Shown here: in pieces, positions 60,678-64,000 of the stretch | Layout of the letters: the number at the start of each line of letters is the position of its first letter | Position numbering within the stretch: the stretch's first letter is position 1 | DNA from: an uncultured Chlamydiae bacterium | GTDB lineage: Bacteria; Chlamydiota; Chlamydiia; Chlamydiales; Parachlamydiaceae | Length of the DNA stretch: 64,000 nt | Assembly (NCBI GenBank): GCA_963830365.1 | Contig: CAWHMU010000036.1 | Location: forward strand, 96,721-160,720 | Direction: 5' to 3' | Translations under genes and position numbers: made by a program | The notes under the pieces: generated by a model | Seen by the model: the letters and a program-made list of their open reading frames with translations, nothing else | What the model was told of the DNA's origin: nothing | Database searches by the model: none

Positions 60678-61436
60678 ATGTTTTTTATGAAAGCAAGGCT
60701 GATTTTTTTGGCGCTTGGATTGTTTATTACGACGCTTTTGTCAGCACAGGATGTAAATTCAAACCCTGCAATAATGATTGTCAGGGATGAATGGATCCAC
60801 CAACCGATCAACAATAGTGAAGAAATATATACCGTCGGAAAAGATCCTCATTATGATATTCAATGGAACGACCCCGTCATACTGGTTTTTGGCACTTTCG
60901 ACAGGTTTGTAGGGCTTGATCTTTCAGATGAGTGGTTGCTCGAAAATCACGGTCGCAGGGGTAATGAAGACTTCCTCTCTAATTATTTCCTCGCCGATAT
61001 TGTGGTCGACGGCCGTTTTTACAAAAGCGTCGAGCACTACTATCAAGCGATTAAGTTCGATCTTGACAGTCCCATCTATAACTATGCCCTAGATGCACCG
61101 ACCGCAAACGATGCCAGAAATATTGCCACTCAATATGTTGCGCAAGCAAAATTAGGTGATGATGATGAGATGGGGCAGCGCATGAAACGAGGCCTTTGGG
61201 CCAAATTTGTGGATCAAAATGGCAAGGCCTCTCTGCTCGGCTTGCGGCTGTTAGAGACCGGAAATCAGCTGTTGGTGGAAGGGAATTATCGCGGCCCCGG
61301 CAGATCTGACAAGCGCTGGGGTGCCGAATTTGATTTAAGCACCATGCCCGACCATGCCGTATTGACGGGCAAGAACATGCTGGGCAAGCTGCTTATGGAA
61401 GTACGGTGCTATTTGCAAAGCACGTCTTTAGAGTAG
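60678..61436 (+). CDS. NADAR (YbiA-like) family protein with N-terminal signal peptide
   Basis: FLSNYF, SVEHYYQAIKF, AKF.Q, LLETG..LLVE, D.RWG, GKNMLGKLLMEVR; signal MKARLIFLALGLFITTLLSA. Confidence 0.9.
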   Translation: MFFMKARLIFLALGLFITTLLSAQDVNSNPAIMIVRDEWIHQPINNSEEIYTVGKDPHYDIQWNDPVILVFGTFDRFVGLDLSDEWLLENHGRRGNEDFLSNYFLADIVVDGRFYKSVEHYYQAIKFDLDSPIYNYALDAPTANDARNIATQYVAQAKLGDDDEMGQRMKRGLWAKFVDQNGKASLLGLRLLETGNQLLVEGNYRGPGRSDKRWGAEFDLSTMPDHAVLTGKNMLGKLLMEVRCYLQSTSLE

Positions 61437-61493
61437 ACCACGCACGGCTAGGTGAGATGGTTTAAAAATTTTTTCATGATTTTTGAGGTATAC

Positions 61494-62042
61494 ATGTTGA
61501 GAAGCGTTATATTTAATATTTGCGGCATTGTTTTTTGCGCAATGTCTTTTCAGTCCTCTGTTTATGGGGTCGAGGCTGTGCATACTGAAGAGTCTGTCAT
61601 CGACAATGCAAACCTCCTAATCGAATACGCCCACAATCCCCTGGGATGGCCCGCCTTGCATTATGCCATCGCTCAGAACCGCGAAGATATTGCCCTATTG
61701 GCTTTGCAACTATATCCCGAACAAGTGACCCAGTATACACCGGCACTTAAGCTGGTTGATTATTATTTTGATACTGTTGGGTGTAATGACTACGACTATA
61801 TGGTCGGACATGAACCTGGAACCTCGGCTTTAGAGCTGGCTGTCAGAAACCAGTATGCGGATCTTGTCAACGCCCTTTTAAAGCTAGGTGCAAATGCCGA
61901 TGAAGCCAGGTTCGAATATGATGGGAAGCCTGGGGATTCTTGGAATCCGAAGCGCTCATCAACAATCTACGAATCTGTAAAGTGGGTAAATTCACGTGTT
62001 TGGCTTCAAAATTACGAAGTGCACTGTAAGCGTCAATTTTAG
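61494..62042 (+). pseudogene. Ankyrin-repeat protein truncated by IS66
   Basis: GWPALHYAI and GTSALELAV...LLKLGANAD; the last codons and stop lie inside the IS66 left end. Confidence 0.75.
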
Positions 62043-62104
62043 CCATCTTTTTACAATTCAACCAAACTGGTAATCTTCCCTTAGATTTCATTTTAAGGAG
62101 AGAT

Positions 62105-62428
62105 ATGACCAAAGGAAAACCGAATCCCAACTGGAAAAAATTAGTCCACGAATGGAGAGACAGCGGAAAAAGCGCGTGCGTTTGGTGCCAAGAACAACAA
62201 ATTCCCATGAACACTCTGTCCGGCTGGAAAAAGCGTCTTAAACGATTGGAAGGCGATAGCGATGGCAAAGGATTCCAAAAGCCTTTTGTTGAGTTGAAGA
62301 ATTTACGCCCCCTTGTAGATTCTGGAGTTCTCCTAGAGATTGATGGAGTGAGTATTCGCTTGCAAGTTGATTTTGATGAGACGGTTTTTAGACAATGTTT
62401 GGATTGCTTGAGAGGAGGTAGATCATGA
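62105..62428 (+). CDS. tnpA: IS66 accessory protein TnpA
   Basis: W..LV.EW..SGKS...WC....I...TL..WKKRL, FVEL. Confidence 0.88.
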   Translation: MTKGKPNPNWKKLVHEWRDSGKSACVWCQEQQIPMNTLSGWKKRLKRLEGDSDGKGFQKPFVELKNLRPLVDSGVLLEIDGVSIRLQVDFDETVFRQCLDCLRGGRS

Positions 62429-62757
62429 TAGCCCTCTCAGGTAGCGCCCGTATCTTCTTTTTCAAACAGCCGATCGATATGAGAAAAGGCATAGAAAAAT
62501 TGTCTCAGCTTGTCGAATCCTGCTGCTCCGGAGAGTTGATGAGCGGTGCTTATTTTGTTTTCGTCAATCAGACGAAGGATAGGATGAAGGTCTTGTACTG
62601 GGATAACGATGGGTTCGCTATTTGGTGGAAACGCCTTGAAAAAGGAAGCTTCCATCTTCTTGGAATCGATAGATTTCTCATCGATCGCAAGGAATTTTTC
62701 ATGCTCTTGGAAGGGATCACTCCAAAGAAAATCCAAAGCCGTTTTAGCGTGCGCTAA
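62425..62757 (+). CDS. tnpB: IS66 accessory protein TnpB
   Basis: PIDMRKG, FVFVN, KVLYWD.DGF...KRLEKG.F. Confidence 0.93.
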   Translation: MIALSGSARIFFFKQPIDMRKGIEKLSQLVESCCSGELMSGAYFVFVNQTKDRMKVLYWDNDGFAIWWKRLEKGSFHLLGIDRFLIDRKEFFMLLEGITPKKIQSRFSVR

Positions 62758-62818
62758 AACAGCGTTTTCCTGATTTTTTTTCTTGGAAACTTTTCTGTTT
62801 TTTGGTATATTTTTGCAT

Positions 62819-64000
62819 ATGAACACAGCGGAAATATCACTAGAACAGCCCTTGCAAGAAGTCGAAATCTTAAAGAAAGAAATCGCCTTTCTAAACGAGC
62901 AAATTGCTTGGTTTAAGCGACAACTGTTCGGTCAAAAATCCGAGAAACTGGTCGATGCGCAAAACTCTGAACAACTCTCCTTCGAGGGTTTGGAAGAACC
63001 TTCCTCCGCTGAAGAAAAAAACGGCTCGTCCCCGCTCATCATCGTTCCATTAACAAGACCAAAGGCAAGGACAAAATCGTTCTGCCGGAAGATCTGCCTA
63101 TAGAAAAGCAGATTCTCGACTTGCCAGAATCTGAAAAGATTTGCCCTGAAACTGGTAAACCTTTAGTGAAGATTGGCGAAGAAATTACATCCAAGCTGGC
63201 TCACAAACCGGGCAGCTATTACATCAAACAAATCGTCAGATCTAAGTATGGCCTTCCTGAAGGCGAAGGCGTTGTGACTCCTGAATTGCCTGCAAGTCTT
63301 TTAGATCGCTGTCTTGCTGACGACAGCCTACTTGCCGACATTGCAGTCAAAAAATTCGCAGACCATCTTCCCATCTATCGTCAAGCTGAAATCATGTCCC
63401 GTCAGGGCATTTTATTAGCAGACAAGTTCTTTGTCAGTGGGTGACCCGTGCCGGAAAGGCCTTAAAACCTCTCTATAACGAGATGTTGGATAGAGTGTTA
63501 AGAAGTGGTAACGTTTTCTATGATGAGACTCCTATTGCTATGCTAGAGCCCGGTAGAGGAAAGACCCGTCAAGCTCTACATGTGGGTCTTAGTAGGGGGA
63601 AACTCGGCAGCGCCTTCCTATCGAATCTATGATTTTTGCAATAGTCGAGCTCATGATAATGCTGTAAGGCTATTAATAGCTATGACAAAGTGCTTCATTC
63701 CGACAAATATGGAGCTTATGAAGCATTGGCCAACAAGAAGCAATTCACCTGGTGTCCATGCTGGGCGCACATCAGGAGGAAATTTATCGAAGCAGAAGTG
63801 GGCGATCTTAAGTTTCGAAACTGGGTTTTGATGAAGATTAGGCATCTTTTCATGCTTGAAAGAATCGCATGGGCGCGATCGGAAAAGGAGCGGCTTCAAA
63901 TTCGTCAAGAAAAAGCAGTTCCCATAATCGATGCTCTTATTGCGGCGATCAAAGGCAAGTTAGTTGACGGAAATATTCTACCCAAATCCAAATTTAAAAC
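62819..64000 (+). pseudogene. tnpC: IS66 transposase TnpC, multiply frameshifted
   Basis: Fragments in different frames: LFGQKSEK, KFADHLPIYRQ, YDETP, MWV, and CWAH in a further frame. Confidence 0.85.

Larger units (their letters stand above)
62026..64000 (+). mobile_element. IS66-family element (runs off window)
   Basis: Begins GTAAGCGT, typical of IS66 ends; tnpA-tnpB-tnpC order. Confidence 0.9.

Overview
This window looks like chromosome from an environmental chlamydia (Chlamydiae, Parachlamydiales-like). That assignment is inferred from the pyrH-frr-tRNA-Glu-tRNA-Lys-mcsA-mcsB and sufBCDS gene order and from several eukaryote-like effector genes. Left part (1-12.2 kb): an AT-rich accessory region with an arsM-arsR-acr3-arsC operon, a beta-carbonic anhydrase and an IS cluster (ISAs1, two inverted IS3 copies, ISL3, orphan IS21-like ends). 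Middle part (12175-26835): a ~14.6 kb element integrated at tRNA-Thr(CGT) with 49-bp att repeats. It carries a satellite/PICI-like integrase-xis-primase/helicase backbone, a Type I R-M system and two ATGA-coupled gene pairs that may be uncharacterised defence modules. Right part (26.9-64 kb): core genes (prfC, riboflavin synthase, sufBCDS, sua5, pyrH, frr, tRNAs, mcsAB, rpsT, RluA, pap) mixed with candidate host-directed proteins. The most striking feature is three tandem, divergent ~120-aa paralogues sharing C-x6-CxHxC and NY-x5-HF motifs, each ending in a eukaryotic CaaL prenylation box. Others are a frameshifted IQ-motif Ser/Thr kinase, a PI4K-II-like kinase, a SET-domain protein, a signal-peptide NADAR and an IS66-truncated ankyrin protein. 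Several MITE/REP-like palindromic elements are also present. All calls come from reading motifs by eye; no database searches were run.
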